From assembly GCF_009914755.1 (NCBI RefSeq), contig NC_060933.1: a stretch of DNA of 64,000 bases. One strand, written 5' to 3'. The notes beneath the pieces were generated by a model. It was not told where the DNA came from. It saw nothing but the letters and a program-made list of their open reading frames with translations, and did no database searches. Below, in pieces: positions 13,945 through 27,050 of this stretch. The DNA is from the human T2T-CHM13v2.0 reference genome, Homo sapiens. The position numbers were made by a program, and so were the translations under genes. The first letter of the stretch is position 1, and the number at the start of each line of letters is the position of its first letter.

Positions 13945-14899
13945 TGTGGCAAAACATAAAATGCTCAGTCAGTAACACACACAAAGATATGAAGACATAT
14001 TTTTAGATGTCACTTTGCATTACAACTTAACAAAATATGATCTTGTTCTCTTAATCAGAAAAAAATATTTTCAATGTGAAATTATGTTGAATCATATTCA
14101 AATTATGAACTTACATCAGCTTTTTAGCAAATTAACACATTTAGGTTGGTAGTAGAGAAGCTTTATGTTTCATATTCTTCAGAGTTTCCTAAGCCAGATA
14201 AATGAGATATTTTTGACTGTATACTAAGACTAACAGATAACTATAGTTATAGACAGAATTGCTGCTGAGCTTAGAAATTCAAATCTCTTTAGGCCCATCC
14301 AATTCTCCCTCCCTCTCTTACCTGTTGTTTCTACCAGATCTGGCAAACTCACTACAAATATAAGCTCCAATGGAGGCAACCGGGGCAATCCAAATAAAAG
14401 AGTATAATATCATTGAGTATGCAGAGCTCTCAAGATAGCTTTAGAGGTGGTACAAAACATTCAGCTTCTGGGTGTTGTTTGTTGGAAAATGTCAGAGCAG
14501 GAGGAGCAATGTTTGTTCTAACACAGTCATTGTAGAGGCTCAAGTAAAAGAGATTACATCCTTGGTAGCCAGAATGGTGCAAGAACTACAAAAGGCTGGG
14601 TTCTTTTTACCTTTTGAAATGATTTAGACGTTTTAATTATGAATGAAAGGGATCTTTATTCTTGAGACAGGAGTAACGGATCAAATGATCCAGACATTTC
14701 AATATTTGGTTCTTATTTAAGAGACATGCTCCTCAGATGACACCACAGAAAAGGATGGAGTCTTTTCCAACACGGTCAATTCTAGCCTTTACAAAGTATA
14801 AATTTTAATTTTCACCTAGTCTTTGAATTGGCAAGACTTTGGCTATGTTTGAGGGTTAGCATTACAACAAATTAAATTTTTCTGCAAAAGAAAATTGAA

Positions 14900-15172
<273 letters not shown>

Positions 15173-15614
15173 GAAAAAAAAAATCTTAATTGAAGAGAGG
15201 GACAAAGAAGATAAAGCAAATGTTTGCAGATGGAAAACTGTTGACTAACACAGAAGAGTGGTGAATTTCAAGTTGATTGTGTTTCTGAAATTAAGTAAAC
15301 TCCTTCCCATCACCCACAGGCACTAAATGAAACATGTCACACTAACACAGGTACATGTGAGGATTTTTTTGAAAGAGAGAGGAATCAGAAATTTTAAAAA
15401 GAGGCCCATATCCACGTATGGTTCAATTCCAGCTGGAGATAAAGGAACAACCACAAAACAAGGCAAAAATCCAGCCAATGCAGGAAATTGGTCATAATTA
15501 TAGCCAAGAGGAATTAACATCTCATCTTAGCTTTTATCTGTCTTCACTCCTTAACCCTGGATACAGCATAGGAATCCTGGTTGAAAGAGGGGATGCTGAA
15601 TTTTCAACAAGGTG

Positions 15615-15935
15615 TATGTATGATTGGGATCTGTGGCCCCACCAAATCTTATGTTAGATTGTAATCTCAATATTGGAGGTGGGGCCTGGTGGAAGGTGAT
15701 TGGATCTTAGGGTTGAATGTCTCATTAATGGATTAGCACCATTCCCTTGGTGCTGTCCTTGTGATAATGAGTTCTTGTGAGATCCAGTTTAAAAATGTTG
15801 GCACCTCCTCCCCCTCTTGCTCCTGCTTTTGCTATGTTTGTACAGCCTGCAGAGCTGTAAGCCAATTAAACCTCTTATTTACAAATTACCCAGCTTCAGT
15901 TATTTATTTATAGTGGTTCAAGAACTGCCTAACAC
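15615..15935 (+). mobile_element. MSTA-type MaLR solo LTR with internal deletion
   Basis: CCCCACCAAATCTTATGTT...GGAGGTGGGGCCTGGTGG...CCAATTAAACCTCTT...CCTAACACA. Confidence 0.8.
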
Positions 15936-16308
15936 AGCACAGAATAGAAATTATGCAATATTTATGAAGATCATTAATTGTTCTAAGATCTCAAGCCCAC
16001 ATTGTGTTGATGACTTCTAAGTTACAATTATAAGCCTAAAAGTGACAGGATACGATAGAATGCATAGAACATACGTAGAGTCACTAGAGGAGGTTCTGCC
16101 TCCAGGTTGCCCATTCACAATTTGATAAATGTTACTGAACACCTACAACGCACAAGATACTGTGCTAGGTGATAAAAGGATTAAAAGGGCAAGTAAGCCA
16201 GTTCCTTAACAAAGGTACTTATAGTACAACAAGGGGCATAGGACAAGTATCAACATACCAAAAAACATGTAGAATATGGAATGATTTTATGTGTGTGCCT
16301 GCATGTAT

Positions 16309-16310
<2 letters not shown>

Positions 16311-16345
<35 letters not shown>
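16311..16345. repeat. (AC)n microsatellite
   Basis: Direct reading. Confidence 0.95.
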
Positions 16346-16351
<6 letters not shown>

Positions 16352-18224
16352 TATTGCTTTTTAAAAAGAGCTTGAAAGTTCAAAGGATGGAAAATCAGTC
16401 CCCATAATTTAGGGGACAGAGGGGATTTTTGGGATTGTCTTTATTACCTGATGGCTTTGGCAAAGGGCTTTAGATGCTGGTACATTTTTTAATGTTGAGG
16501 TATAATTTGCATGTGACACATGAAATTTACATTTGTACAGATCTCACATGTGCCATTGAGTTAGATAAAATGTAAGCATTCAGGTAATTTAATCTCATTT
16601 GAAGACAGAACATTTCTGTCACCCCAGAACATTATCTTGTACCTCTTCCCAGTCAATTCTTACCACACATACTTTTGTCCCAAACAACCACTTTTTTTAT
16701 TTCTATGGATACAACTTTAACAGACAGGCAGATGTGGAGGACAAAGCATGAGCAAGTGTATAATAGCTCAAGAAAAAGCAGGGGTTATTACAAGGTGTGC
16801 ATATAGGTGTGTAGTGAGAAAAATCTATCACAGTAAGATGGGGGACATAATGTTGAGAATCGTAAATACTAGCCAGAAGGAGATGTTTGTATTTCATTCA
16901 GAAGAAAAGATAAGCCATTTAAGCAAAATGTATTTTTGTAAAATTATCCTGATCACATGGGAAGCTATACTGTTTTACAGTATTAAAGGGGACACAAAGG
17001 ATGTTTGCACACTACCTTAATAAACCTCCGGCAATTTTTGAGTAGTCTAAAAATGCCTCTGTCACTTAAGCTTTGTATACTTGTACTGAGCCCAAAGCTG
17101 TATTAATTTGGCTGTCATTTAAATATATTTTTCTCTTATCATTTTCCATTTCCATTTCATCAATGTGCATTTGCAAAAGAAAGGTTTCATAGTAAAGAAT
17201 ATTTATCTGTTATACGCCAAATTCAGAAAAAAAAACACATAATAAAAATTTTCCAAGATTGGTGTAACTTTTGTGTGAGCCCTTTGCCCTACTTCTTTCT
17301 TACTAAAATACACACATGAATTTGGAGGTGGAGTAACATAGGAAAAAGTGAAAGAACTGACTTAAAAGTTGGGGTCCCTGTACATTTTTTGAGCACCACT
17401 TCCACCCTGGGCTATCCTCCCAGAATTCTTGCAATGTGAAATCAATCACCTCATGTGTTGGTGCTGCTTAAGGTTTTCTGTGTCTTGCAGTGGAATGAAT
17501 TTCTAAGTAATATGTCATGCATCCAGTGCTCCTTCCTCTTAGGTTTTTATACAAGAAGGTTGGGACTGAGAGCTGAGGACAGAACTCTGGAAATGTGATC
17601 AGTAAAACAACTGGGAATCAAAAATTCCTTCTCCCTTCTTGTTAGGTATATCATATAATTGTCTTGGTGGTTGTTTTCTTGTTGGTATATACCATCCCTC
17701 TTTTCCTAGAGCCCTTAATTATCCTCTGCTTCTGCCATTAGTACTTTGATAACACCTAATCAAAGAATATGCCTCACACCATGGAGAAGTCCATGCAAAA
17801 GCACCATTTCCTGAAAACCATCGATTCATTGCCCCAACTAACACTTAGACATCTCACATCACTTTCTACAAGATTATTAGTCTAGCCACTCAGGCTACTC
17901 TCCACTTAGGGTAGAAGAAACTATTATTATGTTTTTCTTTTAACATTCAGGGCCTCACACTTGTCTCAGATTTCATTCCAATAGACCTTAAACTTGGTCT
18001 TACTAATCTTTAAACAATAAAGACTGTAGGCACCCCAAGCATATACACAAACAAACACACACTCATACACATACAAATGTGTATATACATCTATTTCAAG
18101 AATAATCTATAGATTTTAATGGCCATTCTGTATGATTTTTGTAGGCTTACACAACTTTGATTACTAGATACTTCAACATGGATATTATGATCCTACTTCT
18201 TAAAAACAATTTCAGCTGTTTTCT

Positions 18225-18807
<583 letters not shown>

Positions 18808-19412
18808 TTTCAGCTGTTTTCTTACACAAGCAAACTTTATAATAATCAAAATAAAATGTAATTCAAATGAAGTTGTAAACACTTTAAACCTATCAAACAA
18901 TTAGGAAAGGTAGACATTATTATAGTATAGGCTGCTTTCTTGTTGTGTCCTCAAATGGCAGAAAGAGAGAGACAGAGTGGACAAAAGCAGATGTATTTCT
19001 TTTTATAATATCTTGAATAAGTTGTATAGATTTTTAAAAACTAAACTATTTTGAGATAATTGTTGCTTCACTTGAAGTTGAATACCAAAAGATCCATATA
19101 CTTTTTACTCAGTTTCCCCTAATGGTAACATCTTGAGAAATTATAGCACAATATCACAGTAGGATATTGACATCGATACGTTGAAAACACAGCACATTCT
19201 CCATCACTCCAGGATGGATCTCTGAGGATTCAGTGAAGTTGTTCCTTGTATCAATACTTTGGGGTTTTTTTTTAATGCTCAGAAATTTTTTATGGTATAG
19301 ATGTACCGCAGTTTATTTAACCATTCACCTATTGAAAGACATCCTGGTTATTTCCAGGTTGGGGCTATTATGTAAAAAACTGCTATAATTATAGCGGTTG
19401 ACTATAATCATC

Positions 19413-19794
19413 TGTATTATAGTCAGTTTGAACTGCCCTAACAAAATACCATAGACTAGGTGGCTTATACAACAAAAATTTACTTCCTCACAGGTCTGGA
19501 GGGTGGATGACCAAGATTAGGGTGAGTTCTGGTTGGGGCTCTCTTCCTGGCTTGTAGATGGCTGCTTTCTTGTTGTGTCCTCAAATGGCAGAAAGAGAGA
19601 GACAGAGAGAGAGAAAAAGAAAGAAAGAGAGATTGTCCTCCTCTTATAAAGCCACAGTCCTATATTAGAGGCCCACCCTTATGGCCTCATTTAAGCTTAA
19701 TTGCCTCCTAAAGACCCTCTCTCCAGATATAGTTGCTTTGGAGGTTAGGACTTCAACATATGAAGTTTAGGGTGACACAACTCAATCCACAGCA
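19413..19794 (-). mobile_element. MLT1A-type MaLR solo LTR
   Basis: TAACAAAATACCATAGACTAGGTGGCTTATACAAC...GGACTTCAACATATGAA...GACACAACTCAATCCACAGCA. Confidence 0.85.
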
Positions 19795-21317
19795 AACTCC
19801 ATGTATATAACTTTTCATTTCTCTGAGTCTCCAAAGTCTGCTGTATCATTCTTATGCCGCTGGGCAGCATGCTAGTTGTTATGTTTAGTTTCTTAAGAAA
19901 TTGCCAAGCTATTTTCCAGAGTGACTGTACCATTTTACTTCCCCATATCTAAGCAATCTAGTTTCTCAGCATCTTTGCTGATGTTGGTGTTGTCACTATT
20001 TTTTAAGCGATTCTGATGGATTTGTCATGATATTGTGGTTTTAAATTGCACTTCCTTAATGGTTAATGAAGCTGATCATCTTTTCATGTGCTTTTTTTTT
20101 TGCCACACATGTATTATCTTCAGCAAATGTCTTTTCATGTCTTTTGCCCATTTTTTTTTTCTGGGTTGTTTGTGTTTTAAGAGTTCTTTATATATTCTAG
20201 ATAACGATTATTTTGTTGGATATGTGGCTTGCAAATGTTGCCTTCCAGTCTCTCACTTGTCGTTTCTTCTAAACAAGTTCATTCCCAGATCAAAAGTTCT
20301 TAATTTTGATGAAGTCCAATTTTTAATTTGTTTTCTTTTCTACATGGTACGTTTTAGTGTCAAGTCTAACAATTCTTTCCTCAGACCAAGAATCCCCAAA
20401 ACAGTCTTCCATGCTTTTCTAAAATTTTCATGCTTTTATATTTTAAATTTAAATCTGCCACACATTTGGAGTTAATTTTCATATAAGGTATGAGACTTAT
20501 ATCAAGGTTCCTATATCTGCCTGTGGATATCCAATTGCTGTAGCACCATTTGGTGAAAAGGGTATGTTTTTGCTATCGAGTTGCTTTTGTACTTTGTGAA
20601 AAATTTACTACACATATTTGTATGCATCTACTACCATGTTCTTTATTCTAATCCATTGATTTGTGTGTCTATTCCTCTACCAATGACACACATTTTTTAA
20701 TACTATAGCTATATGTGTTAACTCTTCAAATTGGGTAGATTGATTCTTTCTACTTTATTCTTCTTTTTCAAAATTGTCTTAGCTATTCTAGGTCCTTTAC
20801 CTTTCCAGTCTCCAATTTAAAAACAGTTCGTCGATATCCACACAATAACTTGGTATTTTCCTGGAGATGGCCTTGAATATATAGATGAAGCTGGGCAAAC
20901 TTAATATTTTAATAATATTGTGTCTTCTTATACAAAAATATAAACTATCTCTTTTCTTACTTAGATCTTATTTGATTTCTGTCATCAGTGTTTTTTTATT
21001 TTTCCTCATATATATTCTGTCATTTTTTTTTAGATTTATACTTACCTATTTGACCCTTTTAGATATTCTTGTAAATGGTACCTTTTTAAAAATTTTAAAT
21101 CCCAATTGTTCCTTGTTGGTATACAGAAACATAGTTGATTTTTATGTATTAAACTTGTATACTAAAACCTTGCTACACTCATTTATTAGTTCCAGGGGTG
21201 TTTTTCATTTTTATTGGTTTGTTTTGTCAGTTCTTAGGGATTTTCTACACAGACAATCATGACAGGTGAATAAATGGCACTTAGCCATGGTATAGAATTC
21301 CTTAAAAATATTGCTGC

Positions 21318-21583
21318 GGCCGGGCACGGTGGCTCACGCCTATAAATCCCAGCACTTTTGGAGGCCAAAATGGGCAGATCATCTGAAGTCAGAAGTTCAA
21401 GACCAGCCTGGCCAGCATGGTGAAACCCCGTCTGTACTAAAAATATAAAAATTAGTCAGGCGTGGTGGCACTTGCCTGTAATCTCAGCTACTCAGGAGGC
21501 TGAGCAGGAGAATTGCTTGAACCCGGGAGGTGGAGGTTTCAGTGAGCCAAGATCGCACCACTGCACTCCAGTCTGGGCAACAG

Positions 21584-21586
<3 letters not shown>
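21318..21586 (+). mobile_element. AluS whose tail is replaced by a complex microsatellite
   Basis: Alu body ends at CTGGGCAACAGGAG and runs directly into (TA)n. Confidence 0.92.
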
Positions 21587-21665
<79 letters not shown>

Positions 21666-21958
21666 TATATATACACACACATATATATACACATATACAC
21701 ACACATATATATACACATATACACACATATATACACACATATATATATACACACACACATATATACACACATATATATAAATATATACCCTGGGCATAAA
21801 TACATACACACACACACACATATATATATACACACACCCTGGGCAACAGGGTATATATATGTACATATACCCTGGGCAACAGGGTGTGTATATATATACA
21901 CACACACACACACACAACAGGGTGTGTGTGTATATATATATATATACACACACCCTGT

Positions 21959-22009
<51 letters not shown>

Positions 22010-22094
22010 CCTGTTGTGTGTGTGTGTATATATATATACACACCCTGTTGTGTGTGTGTGTGTATATATATATACACAACCTGTTGTGTGTGTG

Positions 22095-22138
<44 letters not shown>

Positions 22139-22148
22139 ACAGGGTGTG

Positions 22149-22188
<40 letters not shown>

Positions 22189-22219
22189 ACAGGGTATATA
22201 TATATATATATATATATAT
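21587..22219. repeat. Compound (TA)n/(CA)n/(TG)n repeat with direct and inverted CAACAGGG spacers
   Basis: CAACAGGG at 21844, 21877, 21915, 22137 and 22187; CCCTGTTG at 21953, 22009, 22043, with a variant at 22079. Confidence 0.96.
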
Positions 22220-23149
22220 CTGAATTCTATGTGTTAATATATATTTAAGGATATTTGCATCTATTTTCATGAGGTATATTGATGGGTAGTTTCTTTTTGT
22301 ACTGTCTCTGATTTTTGGTAGTAATTTTAGCTTTATAAAATAAGTTTGGAAATGTTCTCTCCCATTACATTTTCTATGAGAGATTGTATAGAATTAGTAT
22401 TAACTTTTAAAAAAATGTTTGATAGCATTCTCTAGGGAAACCATCTCGGCTTGCATTTCTTTTTAGGGAATATTAAAATTATAGTCTAATTTTCTTAAGA
22501 GTTATAGGCCTATTCAAATTGTCTATTACATATAGGGCAATTTGTTGTAATTTGTGTTTTTTTGAGAAATTGATCCAGTTCATCTAAATTGTGAAATTTA
22601 TAAATTTATGTTCATAGAATTTCTCATAGTAGATCCTTATTTTTTTGATATCTGTAGGATCTGTACTGATGATATCTTCTTATTTATTCCTGATACTGAT
22701 ATTTGTGTCTTCTCTCTTTTATTAGTCTTACCAGAGGATTATCAATGTTATTTTTCAAAGAACCCATTATTTTATTTACTTATTTTCTCTATTGTTTTAC
22801 TGATTTTAATATTATTTCTGCTCTTATCTTTATTATTTCCTTCCTTCTCCTTGCTTTGAGTTTATTTTGCTCTTACTTTTCTAGGTTTTGAAGTGGGAGC
22901 TTAGATTATTGATTCAAGACTCTCCCTCTCTTTTGATATATACATTTGATGCTATAAATTTTCTTCTCAGCATTGCTTTAGTTGTGTCCAACAAATTTTG
23001 GTATGTTGTACTTTAATTTCCACCCATTCAGTATATTTTTAATTTCCCTTGAGACTTTCTCTGTGACTTACAGAGATTATTTAGAAGTGTGGGAGATTCT
23101 TTCTAAAGGTTTTGAGATTTTTCTTGTTATCTAAATGTTTGGAGATTTT

Positions 23150-23464
23150 TTTTTATTTTTATTTTTTAAATTATTATTTTTGGAGATGGAGCCTCACTCT
23201 CTCACTCAGGCTGGAGTGCAATGGCATGATCATGACTCACTGCAGCCTCAACTTCCTGGGCTTAGGTGATCCTCTTACGTCAGCTTCCCGAGTAGCTGGG
23301 ACTATAGGCACACACCACCACACATGGCTAATTTTCATATTTTTTGTAGAGATGTGGTCTTACCATGTTGCACAGGCTGGTCTTGAACTCCTGGGCTCAA
23401 GTGGTCTGCCCAACTCGGCCTCCCAAAGTGCTAGATTTACACGTGTGAGGCATCACTCCTGGCT
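23150..23464 (-). mobile_element. AluJ element
   Basis: Antisense Alu with J diagnostics (CACTGCAGCCTCAACTTCCTGGGC, CTCCTGGGCTCAAG). Confidence 0.9.
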
Positions 23465-23477
23465 GATTTTAAAAAAC

Positions 23478-24318
23478 TTTATTTATTTATTTATTTGAGA
23501 CTAGAGTCTCACTATGTCACCCAGGGTGAAGTGCACAATCTCAGCTCACTGCAACTTCCACATCCCAGGCTCAAGCTATCCTCCCATCTCAGCCTCCTGA
23601 GTAGCTGGGACTACAGGTGGGTGCCACCACACTTGGCTAATTTTTAAAAAGGTTTTGTAGAAATGAAGTCTCACTATATTGCCCAGTGTGGCAGACTGCC
23701 ATGGTTACTACTTGAGACTGACCATCATTACAGCAGTTACTACTGTTACTGCTTGAGACCATCATTACAGCAGTTACTATTGTTACTGCTTGAGACCGTC
23801 ATTACAGGACTGAACAAAGGGATGAACATAGAAAATGATAACAAAAAACAAAAGAAACTATTTTAAAGGAAGGGGAACGAGGAAAGAAGAAAAGAGCTCC
23901 CTGATTCTAGTGAGCAAAGGCAGACCCCGAGCTTCTACAGCCATTCGTATTTATTGGGTAACAAGAGCAAGGAGGAGGAGGTAACCACTAGTCAGCTGCT
24001 GAACTGATCACAGGTTCATATTATTACTAACAGGCTTCAGATGTACCTAATCACAAGAAACATTTTTGCCTGGGTCGTGACTGCCCACAGCATTCCTTCT
24101 GAGAGGCATATGCAGTTTGTCAGCTTGCCAACATTGAGTTTATGAGAACAGTTTGCTGTTTACTCATATAGCCTCCAGTGGTATACTGAGTTGATCACGA
24201 CCCCCAATCTTTCAGCCTCTAACAGCCGAGGCTGGTTTTGAATTCCTGGGCTCTAGCAATCATCCTCCCTAACCTCCCAAAGTACTGGGATTATAGGTGT
24301 GAGCCACCATGCCTGGCC
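23478..24318 (-). mobile_element. AluJ element split by an ERV-K-class solo LTR
   Basis: Alu sequence stops at ...TATTGCCCAG (23686) and resumes GCCGAGGCTGG (24225) to GCCTGGCC (24318). Confidence 0.9.
23687..24224 (-). mobile_element. ERV-K-class solo LTR, probably LTR3 family (HML-6)
   Basis: Reverse complement starts TGTTAGAGGCTGAAAGATTGGGGGTCGTGATCAACTCAGTATACCACTGGAGGCTATATGAG; TG...CA termini; 6-bp TSD GCCCAG/GCCGAG typical of betaretroviral integrase. Confidence 0.78.
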
Positions 24319-24779
24319 TGGAGATTTTCTTGTTATCTTTCTGTTATTGAGTCCTAGTTTGATTCCATTGTAGTGAGAGAACACACTCTTCATGATTTCA
24401 CTTCTCTTAAATTTGCTTAGGTTTTATTTTAGGGCCCAAGATATGGTTCATCTTGATGTACATTCCGTGGGCACTTAAAAAAAATATATATATATATGTT
24501 TGTATATATATTCTGCTGTTGGAACTAAAGTAGTCTATAAGTGTTGAATACATCCTGTTGAGTGATGGTATTGTGGAACTATTCTATATTCTTGCTGCTC
24601 TTCTGTCTAGTTGTTCTACAAAATTTAGGAAAAAGGTATTGAAGTCTCTCACTATATTCATAGATTTTTATATTTCTTCTTCTATCGGTTTTTGTTTTAT
24701 ATATTTTATGTCTCTGTTTGTTGCATTAAATATGAGATAATATTTCTGCTATTGGTTTACACCTCACTTTGTTATATCA

Positions 24780-27050
24780 CATATCTGTACACTGAAAAGC
24801 ACAAAGCACTGCTTAGAGAAATAAAAGCAGCACTAAACAAATGGAGATCTGCACCCATGTTTATATGTCATAGGTCTTAATATTGTTAAGACGTCAGTTC
24901 TTCCTAAAGATAGATTCTACGTAATTCCAGTCAAAGTCTCAGCAGAATTTTTTGGTAGAATGTGCAAATATAATTCTAAAATTCATATGAAAATTTAAAA
25001 ACCTAGTATTGCCAAAATAGCTTTGAAAAAAGAAACAATTTGAAGGACTGATTTCAAGACTTATTATAAAGCAATGGTTATCAAGATAGTGTCTATTGTT
25101 ATAAAGGTAGACAAATAGATCAATGGAATGGAATAGTCAAGAAATAGACCTAAATATATTTGGACAACTGATTTTTGATGTAGGTGCAAAAGCAACTCAA
25201 TGGAGAAAGGATAGTCTTTTCAATAAATAGTTTTAGGATATTTGGATTTCCATATTAAAAAAATGAACTTCAATCCAAATCCCATACCATAAGCAAAAAT
25301 TAACTCAGAATAAATCAGAGACCAAATTTAAATGTAAACTTAACACTATAAAACTTCTTGAATAAAAACAAAGAAGAAAATCTTTGTATCCTTCAGTTAG
25401 GTAAAGATTTCTCAGATACAATAACAAAGCTTGATCCATAAAATAAAACAATGTCTAAAGACATTGTTAAGAAAATAAAAAGATAAGACATCAGACTGAG
25501 AGAAAATATATGCAAATCAAATACCTGATAAAGAACATGTATTCAGAATTTATAAAGACTGTTAAAACATATAGAAGAAAAGTTTAACTTTTATAGAAGA
25601 AAACATGTAACTGAATAAAAATGAGCAAAATGACTGACATGAACATTTTGCCAACAAAAACATGTAGATGCCAACTAAACACATGAAAAAGTGGTGAATA
25701 TCATTAGCCATTAGGAAAATTCAAATTAAAACCACAATGAGATATCACTATACATATAAGAATAGGTAAAATTAAAAAGAGCAACCATACCACAGGAAGT
25801 TTTGGTGAGAATATGAAGGACTAGAATTTTCATACAACTGCTAGAGGAAATTTAAAATGGTACAACCACTTGGGAAAATAATTTAGCTGTTTCTTTAAAA
25901 ATTAATCATACACCTCCCATAGGATCCAATCATTCCACTTCTAGATATTTATCTTAGAGAAATGAAAGTTGTATCCATGCAAAGATTAGTATACGAATGC
26001 TCATAGCCTCTCTATTTTTTTAATAGCCAAAACTGGAAATAATCCAGTGCTCATCAACAAAAGAATGGATAAAGAATCTATATATGTCCATTCTAAGGAA
26101 TTCTATTTAGCAATAAAAAGAAATTATTTATACATGTTACAACATCAATAACAAAATAATTGTGCTGAATAAAATAACCCACACAAAACACATGTACATA
26201 CTATATAATTCCATTCACATAAGATTTTTGCAAGGAAAACTGATCTATAATGACAGAAAGCAGATCAGTGTTTGCCTTGGGAAAGGTTAGAGAGTCATGA
26301 AAAGATGGGAGGAAAGATTTGTAAAGGAGCAGATGAAGATTTTCATTATCTTGATTATGGTGATTATTATTTTATGGATACATAATTATATCAAAGTATT
26401 GTATGCTTTCAATTATATAGTTTCTTGTATTTAAATTTTACTCAGTAAAATTGCTAAAAAATGAAAAAAATAAACAGAAAGTAATAACATATTTGGTCAT
26501 ATTGAGAGTTTTTGAAAGCTTAGGACTGAATTGATAGAACACCAAATATGAGAAATATAAAGCAATGACTAACTGCAGGAAAAGCAATTGATCATAAAGT
26601 GAAATGTAATTATTGTATATGGTATAGGTCCCTGTTGTGAATAATATTTATGTAATTAAAATAAGATATAAAAATTAATATTGATTTATCAAGTCATCAG
26701 ATAATCACATTAAGAGGATTGAGAAATAGAGTTTATATGGATGGTGGTATAAATTAGTTAAATTATACTCTTGCAAAGTAAAAGGTTTATATAAGTCATA
26801 GAGTATATAGTATAGTTATATAATATAAACTTCATAAATCAATAACTAACAGCATAGCTATATTATTTATTAGATGGAAATACATGTCAGAAAAAATAGC
26901 CTAAATGTTTGTAGGTAGCTGCATGTGAGGTGGAAGAATTGAGGTTTGAGAAGGGTGGACAGGAGTCTGCTGATTTTTACTACAAATTTTGAGATATTAT
27001 TTGAATTTTTAACCTATGTACTTGTATTGCTTTTATAAAAATAAAGCCTA
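24780..27050 (+). mobile_element. L1ME/L1MB-type ORF2 C-terminus and 3'UTR fragments
   Basis: Translates to LYTEKHKALLREIKAALNKW (cf. L1 ORF2 LYTENYKTLLKEIKEDLNKW) and continues to an A-rich L1 3' end. Confidence 0.8.

Larger units (their letters stand above)
19030..24760 (-). mobile_element. Old L1M (L1MC/MD-type), 3'UTR through ORF2 endonuclease region, interrupted by MLT1A, three Alus and an LTR
   Basis: Colinear antisense L1 sequence across the insertions; EN motif relic (IVRDFNT) near 24640-24660. Confidence 0.75.

Noticed and set aside
21472-22270. Longest ORFs in the track (up to 243 aa; Y/I/H/T/C/V-rich)
   Set aside because: Stop-free translations of the TA/CA microsatellite.
24740-24800. 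L1 strand switch suggesting a twin-priming inversion
   Set aside because: The minus piece reaches the endonuclease region and has its own 3'UTR, while the plus piece starts late in ORF2 with a different 3'UTR; these are two separate elements.
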